A stretch of 63,814 nt of DNA, the filler included, from Octopus bimaculoides (lineage: Eukaryota): the NCBI RefSeq assembly GCF_001194135.2. It is 7 parts of 7 records of this genome, joined end to end, with 100 filler letters (N's around TTAATTAATTAA, not from the genome) between each part and the next. Parts side by side here need not be neighbours in the genome. Positions count along the whole stretch, not along the records: positions 26,322 to 45,278 come from NC_069001.1; 6 more parts are not named here. The stretch is one strand, 5' to 3'. The notes under the pieces are model-generated. The model was not told the DNA's origin, did not search any database, and saw only the letters and a list, made by a program, of their open reading frames with translations. Below are positions 27,025 through 40,612 of this stretch, piece after piece (position 1 is the first letter of the stretch; every line of letters begins with the position of its first letter). Made by a program: the position numbers and the translations under genes.

Positions 27025-27684
27025 TTATGGTTTGTTGTGGACGGACACCCGTCTATAGAAGCAGGCTTTCAACGACGGCACCGCTCGCGCGAGTGCTGTT
27101 TGTCTTACTACTGCTGCTGCTGCTGCCGTTGATACCAGCAGCAGTAGTAGTAGTAGTTGTGGCAGTGGCGGTAGTAGTATTAGAAACAGCAGTGGCAGTA
27201 GTAGTAGTAGTTGTCGAAGTAGTAGTAGTAGTGGTAGTAATAGTCGTGGTGGTAAGAGCAGCAGTAGAAGTAGGAGATAATAAAAACAAAACAAAAAAAG
27301 AAAACAGAAAGAAAAATAGTAGAAATAATTGTAGTAGTAGTAGTGGTAGTAGTGGTAGTGGTAGTGGTAGTAGTGGTAGTAATAGTCGTGGTGGTAAGAG
27401 CTGCAGTAGAAGTAGGATAATAAAAATTTAAAAAAAAAAAGAAAGAAAAATAGTAGAAATAATTGTAGTAGTAGTAGTAGTAGTGGTAGTGGTAGTGGTA
27501 GTAGTAGTAATGACGTCGGAGAATTATATGCTGGTGATAGTAGTAGTAGTGGTAGTAGTAGTAGTAGTGGTGGTGGTGGTGGCGGTATCGAAGTTAAAAT
27601 CCGTCGCTGTTGACGCTGCCAACGAGGTTCACGACGCCGCCAGCAAGTGCCCAGCCTCTGCTACTGCTGCTACTGCTGCTGTTT

Positions 27685-27731
<47 letters not shown>

Positions 27732-27894
27732 GCTGTTGTTGCCGCTACTTACACGAACAGCACCATCACCACCGTGCTGGTACTTGCCGCTATAGCTATC
27801 ACAATCGACACCCCCTAAACCACCACCACCACCACCACCATCACCAACACCACGACCTCTACAATAATACTCGTGCAGCTACTACTACTACTAG

Positions 27895-27936
<42 letters not shown>

Positions 27937-28042
27937 CAGAACTACCACCGCAGCCGCCGTCAACAACAATAACAGCGACAAACCTACCTACCACCGCTAC
28001 CTTTGTAACTCCTACAACTTTTGATGCTTTCACTTACAAACT

Positions 28043-28085
<43 letters not shown>

Positions 28086-29152
28086 GTAATGATGATGATG
28101 ATGATGATGATGATGTTTGTTGTTGGTAACGTTGGTAACGTTGGTGTTGCTGTTAATGCTGCTGCTGCTGGGTGTAGATGACAATGATGCTGATGATGAT
28201 GTTGATGTTGCTGTTGCTGTTGTTTTTGAGAATGATAGTGTGATTGTTGATGATGATGATGATAATGATGAAGATGATGATGAAGATGATGATGATGATG
28301 ATGATGTATGTTAATATTGTTGATGTTATTACTGTTGCTGATGATAATATTGACGATAACGTCGGCGATAATATTGAGGACAATGTTTAGTATTGTTGAT
28401 TTTCATGTTGATAATGTTGGTGTTGTTAATTCTTGATAATATTAGCCTTTTTTTGATGTTGATAATGTTGGGGTGGTTGATTTTGATACTGATAATGTTG
28501 ACGCTGCTGGTCTTGTCGGTTGTTGATAGATAATACCAGTGTTTTTGAAGCTGATAATGTTGATGTTGCTATTTTAATGTCGATAATGTTTAAAGCTACT
28601 GGTTGCTGATAATGTTGGTGTTTATGATATCGATAACGTTCGTTGCAAATAACGCTGGCTTTAATGTTGATATTGTTGGCGAGGAAGCTGATAATACTAA
28701 TAATGTTGATTTTTAAGTTGATAATATTCCTGTTGATAATTTTTGAAGTTGATAATTTCAGCGTTAATAGTTAATAGTAATAACGTTCACGTTGCACTAT
28801 CAACAGTGTTTCATTTATTGTTCTTATTCTTGTTATTGTTGTTATTGATGTTGTTTCTATTACTGCTTCCGCTGTTGTTGTTGTTGTTGTTGTTGCTGTT
28901 GTTGTTGTTGCTGCTGATGTCCTTCAAGCTGCGGCTACTGCTGCTGTTCTGTTTGGCATTGATCGTTAGTAACCGCAATAAGCTGGGTGTTTTCCTACTG
29001 ATCTTGTTGCGTTTACCGCTGCTGCTGCTGCTGCTGTTGTTGTTGCTAGTTTGATTAATTATCATTGCTTGGACTAAAGTAATTGATCACCGTGGTGCTC
29101 CAGCATGAGCGCAGCCGTATGGCTGAAACAAATACAAGAAATATATATGTAT

Positions 29153-29189
<37 letters not shown>

Positions 29190-30401
29190 TGTGTGTGTGT
29201 CCTACACTACTGCTCGACGACCGCTATTGATGCGTTTACGTCCCCGTAACTTAGCAGTTCCACAAAAGAGACCGATACAATAAGTACCAGGCTTTACAGA
29301 AAAAGAAATGAAAAGTTCGACTAAAATTCTTCAAAATTGTACTCCAGCATGGTCAAAGTTTAATGACTGAAACAAGCAGAAGGTAAAAGATAAAAGATAT
29401 ATATATATATATATTTATATATATNNNNNNNNNNNNNNNNNNNNNNNNNNNNNNNNNNNNNNNNNNNNNNNNNNNNNNNNNNNNNNNNNNNNNNNNNNNN
29501 NNNNNNNNNNNNNNNNNNNNNNNNNNNNNNNNNNNNNNNNNNNNNNNNNNNNNNNNNNNNNNNNNNNNNNNNNNNNNNNNNNNNNNNNNNNNNNNNNNNN
29601 NNNNNNNNNNNNNNNNNNNNNNNNNNNNNNNNNNNNNNNNNNNNNNNNNNNNNNNNNNNNNNNNNNNNNNNNNNNNNNNNNNNNNNNNNNNNNNNNNNNN
29701 NNNNNNNNNNNNNNNNNNNNNNNNNNNNNNNNNNNNNNNNNNNNNNNNNNNNNNNNNNNNNNNNNNNNNNNNNNNNNNNNNNNNNNNNNNNNNNNNNNNN
29801 NNNNNNNNNNNNNNNNNNNNNNNNNNNNNNNNNNNNNNNNNNNNNNNNNNNNNNNNNNNNNNNNNNNNNNNNNNNNNNNNNNNNNNNNNNNNNNNNNNNN
29901 NNNNNNNNNNNNNNNNNNNNNNNNNNNNNNNNNNNNNNNNNNNNNNNNNNNNNNNNNNNNNNNNNNNNNNNNNNNNNNNNNNNNNNNNNNNNNNNNNNNN
30001 NNNNNNNNNNNNNNNNNNNNNNNNNNNNNNNNNNNNNNNNNNNNNNNNNNNNNNNNNNNNNNNNNNNNNNNNNNNNNNNNNNNNNNNNNNNNNNNNNNNN
30101 NNNNNNNNNNNNNNNNNNNNNNATGGTGGCGGCGGTGATGGTGGTGGTGGAAGTACGGATAATAGTAGTTGTGGTGGTGGTAGTTGTGATGGAAGAGAGG
30201 GTAGTATTAAAAGTAGTTTAGGTGGTGTTTTAGTGGTTGTGTTTGTATGGTGGTATTTGTAATTGTGGTGGTGTATTGTGATGGTAGTGGTGATGATGTT
30301 ACTGTTGAGGTGGGAGGGGGGCGAGTGATGGTGGAATTGGTTGTGGTACTGAGTTTGTATTTGTGCTGGTGGATTTGATGACAACAATTATGACGATGAC
30401 A

Positions 30402-30435
<34 letters not shown>

Positions 30436-30480
30436 TGATGATGATGAGAATGATGATGATCTTGGTAATTGCGGTGATGG
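26322..30480. repeat. Compound trinucleotide-repeat field (TAG, TGG, TTG, GAT, CTA, CAA) with gaps
   Basis: Visible directly; includes a ~130-bp tandem duplication near 27280-27480 and a degenerate gttgataat array near 28300-28800. Confidence 0.9.
29085..29400 (+). mobile_element. SINE family A, 3' fragments
   Basis: gtttacgtccccgtaacttagcagttcc...gagaccgatacaataagtacc...taatgactgaaacaag...taaaagataaaagata. Confidence 0.75.
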
Positions 30481-30849
30481 TGTTGGGTACATAAGCAATA
30501 TCCTAAGCAACACGTTACAAGTTCCGTATTCTTACTCTCATGGTGACCATCACTATCCCTCGGGCCCTCTCCTATATACAACCACCAAAGAGAAACTAAA
30601 TCCGTGCAGTGCCTATATTATCCTATCGACCATATACCACATTTTTTTCTATAGGTATCTGAGAGACATAGGGTCTCTACCTATAGGTTTCCCTTATGGA
30701 ATTCTTTTAAAAAAGTAAAGAATTATATGATTACATTATACTGGCACATCATCAGCCATGCTTTCTGCTCCCTAATGAGAGCACAATGGCTGAGGTATTT
30801 TCATCCCCAAAACGAAGTTTTAAAATGTGTTTAGTATAAAGGTTTGTTG

Positions 30850-30960
30850 TATCCCTTGGGCAAGTGTCTTCTACTATAGCTTCGGGCGACGCAGTGGGAC
30901 TGAACCCAGAACAATGTGGTTGGTAAGCAAGCTACTTACCACACAGTCACTCCTGCGCCT
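30850..30960. mobile_element. SINE family A fragments in both orientations
   Basis: ccttgggcaagtgtcttctactatagc (+) joined to gcagtgggactgaacccag...cactcctgcgcct (-). Confidence 0.75.
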
Positions 30961-31000
30961 ATTAGTTGATTTGTTAAATGATAAAAAAAAATGACTGATA

Positions 31001-31073
<73 letters not shown>

Positions 31074-31084
31074 CAACAACAGCA

Positions 31085-31290
31085 ACAGCAAGGGGAAATA
31101 AGGCGGTTGTATGCAATGAAGAGAGTGGACGTGATACCAGTAGTAACTGGCGCACTTTGAAGTATCAGGACTCAACTATCAACATGGCTCAAAAAGACCT
31201 GATACAAATGTAAAGATAGAACGTCTACAAAAATCATCATTACTTGAAACAGTAAGAGTTTTCCGCTAAGTTCTTGAAGCATGATCAATA
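31085..31290 (+). mobile_element. R4/Dong-like (REL-endonuclease) LINE, 3' ORF fragment
   Basis: With a frameshift: AREIRRLYAMKRVDVIPVVTGAL*SIRTQLSTWLKK..TNVKIERLQKSSLLETVRVFR*VLEA*, matching the V.PVV.GALG / LQK..LLGT..ILR.VL terminus of R4/Dong-type ORFs. Confidence 0.7.
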
Positions 31291-31434
31291 AACATGCTGT
31301 GGACAAGCTGACACTTTCCATCTTACCCAACAAAATGAGCTGAGAGTTTTTCATCAAACTATGAAGAACCAAATTGCTGTTCCAAGAAAGCTCTTGATGT
31401 ATTCTTCAAATCCTGAATGACATTGATGATGATG

Positions 31435-31505
<71 letters not shown>

Positions 31506-31506
<1 letters not shown>

Positions 31507-32047
31507 GATACCAGGAAACCCCAAAATGGCTGAAGTTCAAAAAATAGTGCTCATGGGAACTGCCCATATCCTACGTAAAATACTGTCTATGTGATCTCAA
31601 ATTTTAAAGCAAACACATAATNNNNNNNNNNNNNNNNNNNNNNNNNNNNNNNNNNNNNNNNNNNNNNNNNNNNNNNNNNNNNNNNNNNNNNNNNNNNNNN
31701 NNNNNNNNNNNNNNNNNNNNNNNNNNNNNNNNNNNNNNNNNNNNNNNNNNNNNNNNNNNNNNNNNNNNNNNNNNNNNNNNNNNNNNNNNNNNNNNNNNNN
31801 NNNNNNNNNNNNNNNNNNNNNNNNNNNNNNNNNNNNNNNNNNNNNNNNNNNNNNNNNNNNNNNNNNNNNNNNNNNNNNNNNNNTTTCTTATGGTTTCTTA
31901 AACATTCACTTGAACAAAACTGTACAAATCCAAATATATGGTACCCTAGGCATAACACCTACATGAACTTCTAACTTGTTGTCTCTTGAGGTCTCTGGGT
32001 GAGACTTGGATCCAACTTGTACAAATGCAAAACAAAAGTCAAACATA
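31506..32047 (+). mobile_element. Second R4/Dong-like LINE 3' end, interrupted by a gap
   Basis: IPGNPKMAEVQKIVLMGTAHILRKILSM* then a 3' UTR; (TAA)n on both sides. Confidence 0.7.
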
Positions 32048-32048
32048 A

Positions 32049-32118
<70 letters not shown>

Positions 32119-32589
32119 TTGTGGTGTTTTACACAATTACCACCCAACAAATTAATATAACCTATACACCTCATATTTTACGCTGTCAACGCACTGCTCT
32201 AACACACATACGCGCGCGCTTGAGAAATATAGAATTGCACTTGGTGAGGCGATTGAATCTTGTATGAAAGATATTGAACAATATCCTCTGAGGATAGCCA
32301 TGAGCACGGTCTAGAAAAATGTTGTAGAGCTTCCACTAGTTATGGTAAACTATACATCTTCATACCATGTATGTTAGGGTCCGGTCAAAATGTTTTTGAG
32401 GATGACTGGTAGTTAACCCTACATACAAGTTTTCCCTTTCTCCATGTCACTGATGTTTATCCAAGAGAAAGGCTTGCTCTTTCGGGCCGATACAATGTGG
32501 AACCAGTTCAACTGTAGACATTGCTGTCCAAAGAACCAAAGAGATATTATAAATCATCTTCCTTCAAAACATTGACAGTTTCGTCAAAC

Positions 32590-32760
32590 TACCAGCCTGG
32601 ACTTGTATTTTTTTAATTTTTTTTTTTTTGCTTCATTCGCACCGTAAGAGTGAAAGACAAAGTTGACATCGACAGAATTTAACCTCAGAACGGAGAGAGT
32701 CGGAATAAATACTACGAGGAATTTTGTCCGCTGTTCTACTGACTCGGCCATTTCGCCTTC
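32590..32760 (-). mobile_element. SINE family B, old degenerate copy
   Basis: gaaagacaaagttgacatcgacagaatttaacctcagaacg...ttcgcc aligns to 42750-42860. Confidence 0.6.
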
Positions 32761-32949
32761 TTTCATGAAAATGATAATGTTAGGATGGGTATACAATGTT
32801 AGAGTGTTATCAGACATCCTTGAAATGCAGTGACCAGGTCGCAGATAGCGTGACGAAAATTTTGGTACCAAATAATATATGATTAAGTGAAATTAAGAGT
32901 CTTTGTGTGTTTTTGAATGGCTAATATGAACGTCTCACACTGTATTTGT

Positions 32950-33600
32950 TTAATATTATTTGTTAATTATTGATATGTTTGTTAACAGTTAACATTCTTA
33001 TTAACTACAAATACTTGTATACATATTTGGCAATGAAGATTTTAGTTAACCTTCGACATATTTGTTAATCATAAATATATTTGTTAATATTTTCTTTAAC
33101 CAGGAACTGTTTAATTTAGCATAAACAAATTTACTAACTGCGGATATTTACGGTAGCCGAGAGTATTTTTATTAACCATAATCATATTTAATACCCGTGA
33201 ACATTTTCCTTAACCGATATCATTTCTGTTAACCATGAACATATTTGCTAAGCGTGAACATTTTTGTTCATCTAAAAAACATATTTGTTCCCAGTAAACG
33301 CTTTCATTAACCGTTAACATTTTTGCTAACCATAAAAGTATTTACTTATCGTGAACATTCTCATTAAGTGTAAACGTTTGTGTTAACCTTACACATATTT
33401 GCTTACTGTGAACATTCTCATTAAACATGAACGTTTTTGCTTAGTATAAACATTTTTGTTACCTTTGGACGTTCTCGGTAAATGTGAACATTTTTTTGTA
33501 AATCACACACACTTTTGTTAACCATAAATATATTTGCTAAGTGTGAACCTCCCCATCGTCCTTGTTAACACTGAAAAACGTTTAAACACTTTTTCTAATA
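32950..33600. repeat. Degenerate minisatellite, ~20/40-bp unit ttaaccgtgaacattttt(g)
   Basis: Recurrent ttaac/gtgaacatt/atatttgtt motifs in tandem. Confidence 0.75.
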
Positions 33601-33693
33601 ACCATTTAGGTTGACCTCAAATATCTTGTTAACTTTCAACACTGGAAGCCATGTTTCTCCAAGAAGAATCAAATTGCTGTTCCAAAAAGGAGT

Positions 33694-33762
<69 letters not shown>

Positions 33763-34439
33763 AAGAACAACAACAACAACAACAACAACAAGAGCACCCA
33801 GAGAGCGCAATCCTCCGCCAAGGTAACACCAACGTCCTCTCAACGATTAACCGGAGATGATTTTTAAAATGAGAATCTCTGAAATAAACTCGACTGCTCT
33901 CACAAACGAGAATACTAAAAATGAATCCGACCGCTTAAAAAACAAAAAAANNNNNNNNNNNNNNNNNNNNNNNNNNNNNNNNNNNNNNNNNNNNNNNNNN
34001 NNNNNNNNNNNNNNNNNNNNNNNNNNNNNNNNNNNNNNNNNNNNNNNNNNNNNNNNNNNNNNNNNNNNNNNNNNNNNNNNNNNNNNNNNNNNNNNNNNNN
34101 NNNNNNNNNNNNNNNNNNNNNNNNNNNNNNNNNNNNNNNNNNNNNNNNNNNNNNNNNNNNNNNNNNNNNNNNNNNNNNNNNNNNNNNNNNNNNNNNNNNN
34201 NNNNNNNNNNNNNNNNNNNNNNNNNNNNNNNNNNNNNNNNNNNNNNNNNNNNNNNNNNNNNNNNNNNNNNNNNNNNNNNNNNNNNNNNNNNNNNNNNNNN
34301 AAAAATTCAGGCATCAGGCTGGCAGTTTCGAGGGTTAGTCAATACTGTTGGCCCCAGTGTATGACTGGTACTTTATTTTATCGACCCCGGAAGGGGTAGA
34401 TAAATTTCAAAAGCAGCAGGATTTTATAAAACGATTCAG

Positions 34440-34800
34440 TGGAGTGACTTATCTAAGATGTTAGCAAGCTGAGTAGATTGTCTTGTCTAAGATGTTGGAA
34501 TTCGAGACAAGTGTCTTGTCTAAGGTATTATGGGAATAGAGTTAAGTATCTTTTCTAAGCCTAAGATGTTAGGGCTGTTTGTCTGAATGTCTTGTCTAAG
34601 ATATAAGGTCAAGCGAGTTGTCTTCCTTAAGATGCTGTGAAAGTAGAAACGAGTGTCTCGTCTAAGTCGGACACATTTGAAGCTGAGTTGAGTAACTTGT
34701 GGAAGATATTAAGTGAAGTTTAGCTGAGTGATTTGTTGAAGATATTAGGGAAGTTGAGCTGAGTGACTTGCTTAAGATGCTTAGAAAAAAATGAGATAAA
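34440..34800. repeat. Degenerate minisatellite, ~38-40-bp unit gagtgtcttgtctaagatgttag
   Basis: About nine recurrences of (c)ttgtctaag(a/g)t. Confidence 0.75.
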
Positions 34801-35376
34801 AGCAGACCAAAAGTCAATAGCTTTGAAATTACCTAAAAAACATTACAAAAATAACAGCGTCATTCGAACCAGGTATGCGACCATTTAAAATAGCTTTCGG
34901 TTTATGTATGTTGTTTGGGTGTATAAACGAGTGATGTTGTGATGGCTGTAGTTTATCATCGTATCAGGTCTGATCCAATAAACCTCTGATCAATGCTGTT
35001 CCGTCTGTGGCCACCCTGTATTTTTCCAGTGTACAGGGAAGCCAAGAACACTTTATCAGTTTTTTTCCAAGACAGTAGGGTGATTTGGAGAAGATATGGC
35101 TGCTATTTCTAGCAGGTCGTGCAACAACTAGAGTCCCTCCCTCCTACCTCCTTTGCTTGTCGTTAGTATTTCGTGTTTTATAGGAATGTTACATCGATTT
35201 CTTTTCAGTGTATGAGCGGCACTTCGTTTTAGCGACCTTAGATGGATGAAAGACAAACGTACTCCGCAGGGTTTGAACTCAGAATGTAAATAGCTGCAAC
35301 TACAAAGCATTTTTGCCTGACTCGCTAACGCTTCTGCCAACTCACCTGCGAATGTCGATGTATATTTGGCGTATGT

Positions 35377-35425
<49 letters not shown>

Positions 35426-35719
35426 AATGTGTATGCGTGACTATATATGTCATTTTGTGTATGTAAGTGTGTGTGTGTATGTGTGTGCGCGAGTGATTTG
35501 TATGTGTATGTGTATTTGTATATGTGTATGTATGATGAAAGTGTGTGTCTCTGCGCGTGCATGTCACTGGTTTGAATGACAGTGAGTGTGTGCGCGTGTG
35601 TGAACTGATCCTGTGTATGTGTGTGCGACGTCACGACTTATGACATCCAGCCGTAGTATGCAGGTACGTTCAAAGAATTTACCAGCAGAAGCCCAGGAAA
35701 ACACCATTAAACACACACA

Positions 35720-36046
35720 CACACGCCCCCCTCTTTCACTCACTCACTCTCTCTCCCACTCTCACTCTATCTCCCACTCTCACTCTCTCTCCCACTCTCA
35801 CTCACTCTTTACTCTCTCTCCCACTCTCCCTCTCTCTTTACTCTCTCTCCCTCTCTCACTCCCTCTCTCACTTTCACTCTCTCTCCCCCTCTCTCTTTCA
35901 CTCTCTCTCTTTCACTCTCTCTCTTTCACTCTCTCTCTTTCACTCTCTCTCTTTCACTCTCTCTCTTTCACTCTCTCTCTTTCACTCTCTCTCTTTCACT
36001 GTCTCTCTCCCTCACTCACTCACTCACTCACTCACTCACTTACTTA

Positions 36047-36072
<26 letters not shown>
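35720..36072. repeat. (CT)n with 14-bp higher-order unit ttcactctctctct
   Basis: Visible directly. Confidence 0.9.
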
Positions 36073-36096
<24 letters not shown>

Positions 36097-39000
36097 CTCN
36101 NNNNNNNNNNNNNNNNNNNNNNNNNNNNNNNNNNNNNNNNNNNNNNNNNNNNNNNNNNNNNNNNNNNNNNNNNNNNNNNNNNNNNNNNNNNNNNNNNNNN
36201 NNNNNNNNNNNNNNNNNNNNNNNNNNNNNNNNNNNNNNNNNNNNNNNNNNNNNNNNNNNNNNNNNNNNNNNNNNNNNNNNNNNNNNNNNNNNNNNNNNNN
36301 NNNNNNNNNNNNNNNNNNNNNNNNNNNNNNNNNNNNNNNNNNNNNNNNNNNNNNNNNNNNNNNNNNNNNNNNNNNNNNNNNNNNNNNNNNNNNNNNNNNN
36401 NNNNNNNNNNNNNNNNNNNNNNNNNNNNNNNNNNNNNNNNNNNNNNNNNNNNNNNNNNNNNNNNNNNNNNNNNNNNNNNNNNNNNNNNNNNNNNNNNNNN
36501 NNNNNNNNNNNNNNNNNNNNNNNNNNNNNNNNNNNNNNNNNNNNNNNNNNNNNNNNNNNNNNNNNNTTTAAGGGAGATTTGGCTGCTATTTCTACAGGTC
36601 GAATGCTATATGCAAGATGAAAGATGGTGGCGGTGGTGGCAGTGGTGGTGGTGGTGGTGGTGGTGGCGGTGGTGGCAGTGGGGGGCGCACGGGAGGGCAA
36701 CAGCCTGAACCAAGCCTTTATCTATCTTCTTCTTCCTCTGGACAGGTCAAACATACAATGGACATTAATGGTCAGATAATACAAGGAAACATGTGCGCGC
36801 ACACACACGCACACACACACACAACACACACAAACTCATATACACACATAGACGCACACGCACATACAGGCAGCTTCATACACACGCACAGAAACACACC
36901 TACACAAAAATACGGACATACAAAGACATCTTCATATACACACAGATGCTGATATATCAATATACGCACATGAGGATGTGTATGGGTATATATACGTATG
37001 ACAAAGACATAAAAACTATATAAAATTCCATTAAATCTATATAAAAAAAAAGACAGGCTGTGAAAGTTATATACATATACACACTACATACATATACACA
37101 CAAATATACACAGAGACAGACAACCTCACGGGTAAGCACGTACGCATATCCACACACTCACACACACACGTACACATGTATATACACAGAATCAGTTTAG
37201 ACATTCTCAAATACACACACACACACACACACACATGTATATACAATCCATAAATATTTCAAAACAAATTTTTACTGTTTATGCAGGCCTTCCCACCTCT
37301 CTCTCTCTCTCNNNNNNNNNNNNNNNNNNNNNNNNNNNNNNNNNNNNNNNNNNNNNNNNNNNNNNNNNNNNNNNNNNNNNNNNNNNNNNNNNNNNNNNNN
37401 NNNNNNNNNNNNNNNNNNNNNNNNNNNNNNNNNNNNNNNNNNNNNNNNNNNNNNNNNNNNNNNNNNNNNNNNNNNNNNNNNNNNNNNNNNNNNNNNNNNN
37501 NNNNNNNNNNNNNNNNNNNNNNNNNNNNNNNNNNNNNNNNNNNNNNNNNNNNNNNNNNNNNNNNNNNNNNNNNNNNNNNNNNNNNNNNNNNNNNNNNNNN
37601 NNNNNNNNNNNNNNNNNNNNNNNNNNNNNNNNNNNNNNNNNNNNNNNNNNNNNNNNNNNNNNNNNNNNNNNNNNNNNNNNNNNNNNNNNNNNNNNNNNNN
37701 NNNNNNNNNNNNNNNNNNNNNNNNNNNNNNNNNNNNNNNNNNNNNNNNNNNNNNNNNNNNNNNNNNNNNNNNNNNNNNNNNNNNNNNNNNNNNNNNNNNN
37801 NNNNNNNNNNNNNNNNNNNNNNNNNNNNNNNNNNNNNNNNNNNNNNNNNNNNNNNNNNNNNNNNNNNNNNNNNNNNNNNNNNNNNNNNNNNNNNNNNNNN
37901 NNNNNNNNNNNNNNNNNNNNNNNNNNNNNNNNNNNNNNNNNNNNNNNNNNNNNNNNNNNNNNNNNNNNNNNNNNNNNNNNNNNNNNNNNNNNNNNNNNNN
38001 NNNNNNNNNNNNNNNNNNNNNNNNNNNNNNNNNNNNNNNNNNNNNNNNNNNNNNNNNNNNNNNNNNNNNNNNNNNNNNNNNNNNNNNNNNNNNNNNNNNN
38101 NNNNNNNNNNNNNNNNNNNNNNNNNNNNNNNNNNNNNNNNNNNNNNNNNNNAGTTTGGCAAGGGCTGACTGTCGACTCTGCACATGCGTGGGTGCAACGT
38201 AGGAGTACTTTGGCCAGATGAAAAGCCTTCGCTGTCACCATGTGTGTGCCAGGAATCCTGTACTATAGTATGTGGTGTGGATAAACGGCAGGAGCGCCAT
38301 GAGCTGAGAGTGGTGATTGTTCAACTTAGTTTCGTTGTCTTGAAAGCTCATCAGGCATCACTCTCCTCACCTTTTGGTAGATACACACACACATACACAC
38401 TTACACATACATAAGTACATACCTCTACACACACATATCTATATCTATATATACATACTTACACACACATGCATACATATATGTATATATGTGTATATTT
38501 GTACAAGTATGTGTACGAGTGCGTGTATGTATGTGCATTTGTCAGTGTGTGTACGTGCGTGTATAGGTGTGTGTGTCCCTGTTTAGAGCTAAATGTTTGC
38601 ACTCATATATATATTCATATGTATATATATACTTATTTATAATTACATGCATAGACTCGTTTATGTATCTATACATACGTGTATATATGTTTGTTGTATG
38701 TATGTATGTATGTATGTATGTATGTATAAATAATACAAAATGGGACAAGAACGCAAAATATCCAGACAGCTAGGTGATACAAAAAAGGGAGAACAAAACA
38801 TCCAGATAGACGATACAAGGAAACAAGGACAGGTCTTTCGGAGTTTTCTCTTTTCAGTCGAGATCCGTACATACATAAATGCTTACATATACAGGGAGAG
38901 AGAGAGAGAGGTGGAGAAGGAGGTGGAAGAGGACGAGGGAGGAGGGAGGAGGATAAATTCGTTTTCAGATTTTCAAAAATTTTATCGTAAATTTGACCCA

Positions 39001-39373
39001 ACTCACGATGCTAAGTCTTCCCAACATTTTTAACATGATTATAATCCCCATTTCTCNNNNNNNNNNNNNNNNNNNNNNNNNNNNNNNNNNNNNNNNNNNN
39101 NNNNNNNNNNNNNNNNNNNNNNNNNNNNNNNNNNNNNNNNNNNNNNNNNNNNNNNNNNNNNNNNNNNNNNNNNNNNNNNNNNNNNNNNNNNNNNNNNNNN
39201 NNNNNNNNNNNNNNNNNNNNNNNNNNNNNNNNNNNNNNNNNNNNNNNNNNNNNNNNNNNNNNNNNNNNNNNNNNNNNNNNNNNNNNNNNNNNNNNNNNNN
39301 NNNNNNNNNNNNNNNNNNNNNNNNNNNNNNNNNNNNNNNNNNNNNNNNNNNNNNNNNNNNNNNNNNNNNNNNN

Positions 39374-39688
39374 TCTTTGTAAGCCTAGTACTTATTCTAT
39401 CGTTCTCTTTGGCCGAACCGCTAATGTACAGGGACGTAAACACACCGCCATCGGTTGTCAAGCGATGTTGGGGGGACAAACACAGGCACACAAACATATA
39501 CACACATATATATATACATATATACGACGGGCTTCTTTCAGTTTCCGTCTACCAAATCCACTCACAAGGCTTTGGTCGGCACGAGGCTATAGTAGAAGAC
39601 ACTTGCCCAAGGTGCCATGCAGTGGGACTGAACCCGGAACCATGTGGTTGGTAAGCAAGCTACTTACTACACAGCCACTCCTGCGCCT
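39374..39688 (-). mobile_element. SINE family A, near full length
   Basis: Reverse-complement match to 25497-25815. Confidence 0.9.
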
Positions 39689-40289
39689 ACACGACTAAAA
39701 CATACTCAGTTTGACAATTTGCTCTCTCTTCTCCATTAATCCGCTGAGCTACTCTTGGACAGTTTCTTTCTTCTAGTGTGCCCATCTCTTCAGATAGTAT
39801 CCCTGCCCATCAGCAAATGCTGTGGTGTTTGCTTTTCATCCTTTCGGGGTCGATAGAATAAGTACCAGTCAGATGCTGGGGTTGATGTAATGGACTGACT
39901 CCTCCCCTCTCCGTTGTTGGCCTGTGCCAAAATTAGACGGTTTTCTGAGACTCGCTTTTGAATAATGATCTCTGATTTCGGCACAATGCCAGCATTGATC
40001 TCTGTACATGATTGGTATTATTTCTTTTACGACTTCGTAAGGATGAAAGGCAAAGCTGGCTTCAGCGGGATTTGAACTCAGAAAGGCCCAGAAGAAATGC
40101 CGCTCTATAGGTTTTAAATAACCATACATTAGCACACACGCACAAACACACACATACACGCAGACACACAGAATAGCATACACACACATGCACAAACGTA
40201 TGCACTCAGATAAACTCTCTCTCTCTCACACACACACACTCACACACATACACGCAGAAACACAATCATGTATAAATATATATACGCGC

Positions 40290-40612
40290 AGACACATAAC
40301 TGGCCCTCGGTCGATTACGACGACGAGGGTTCCAGTTGATCCGATCAACAGAAACAGCCTGCTCTTGAAATTAACGTGCAAGTGGCTGAGTACTCCACGT
40401 GCAAGTAGCTGAGTACTCAGAGAGATTCGCCGTGACACAGAATGTGATAAGGCTGGCCCTTTTGAATTACAGGTACAATCTATTTTCGCCAGGTGATTAG
40501 ACTAGAACAAACTGAAGTAAAGTGTCTTGCTGTAGAACACGACACGCCGCCGAGAATTGAACTCATGACTTTACGGTCGTGAGGCGAATTGTCCACTAAG
40601 CCATGCGCCTTC
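40290..40612 (-). mobile_element. SINE family C, full length
   Basis: Reverse-complement match to 25918-26210, with a small internal duplication (gcaagtRgctgagtactc twice). Confidence 0.9.

Noticed and set aside
26274-28383. Poly-Thr/Val/Leu/His/Asp ORFs resembling mucin, membrane or acidic proteins
   Set aside because: Trinucleotide microsatellites are open in several overlapping frames on both strands, with no consistent splice structure.
38825-38870. CTGAAAA-GAG/CTC-CGAAAG motif (minus)
   Set aside because: G8 and the UH site are not conserved; too degenerate to call.
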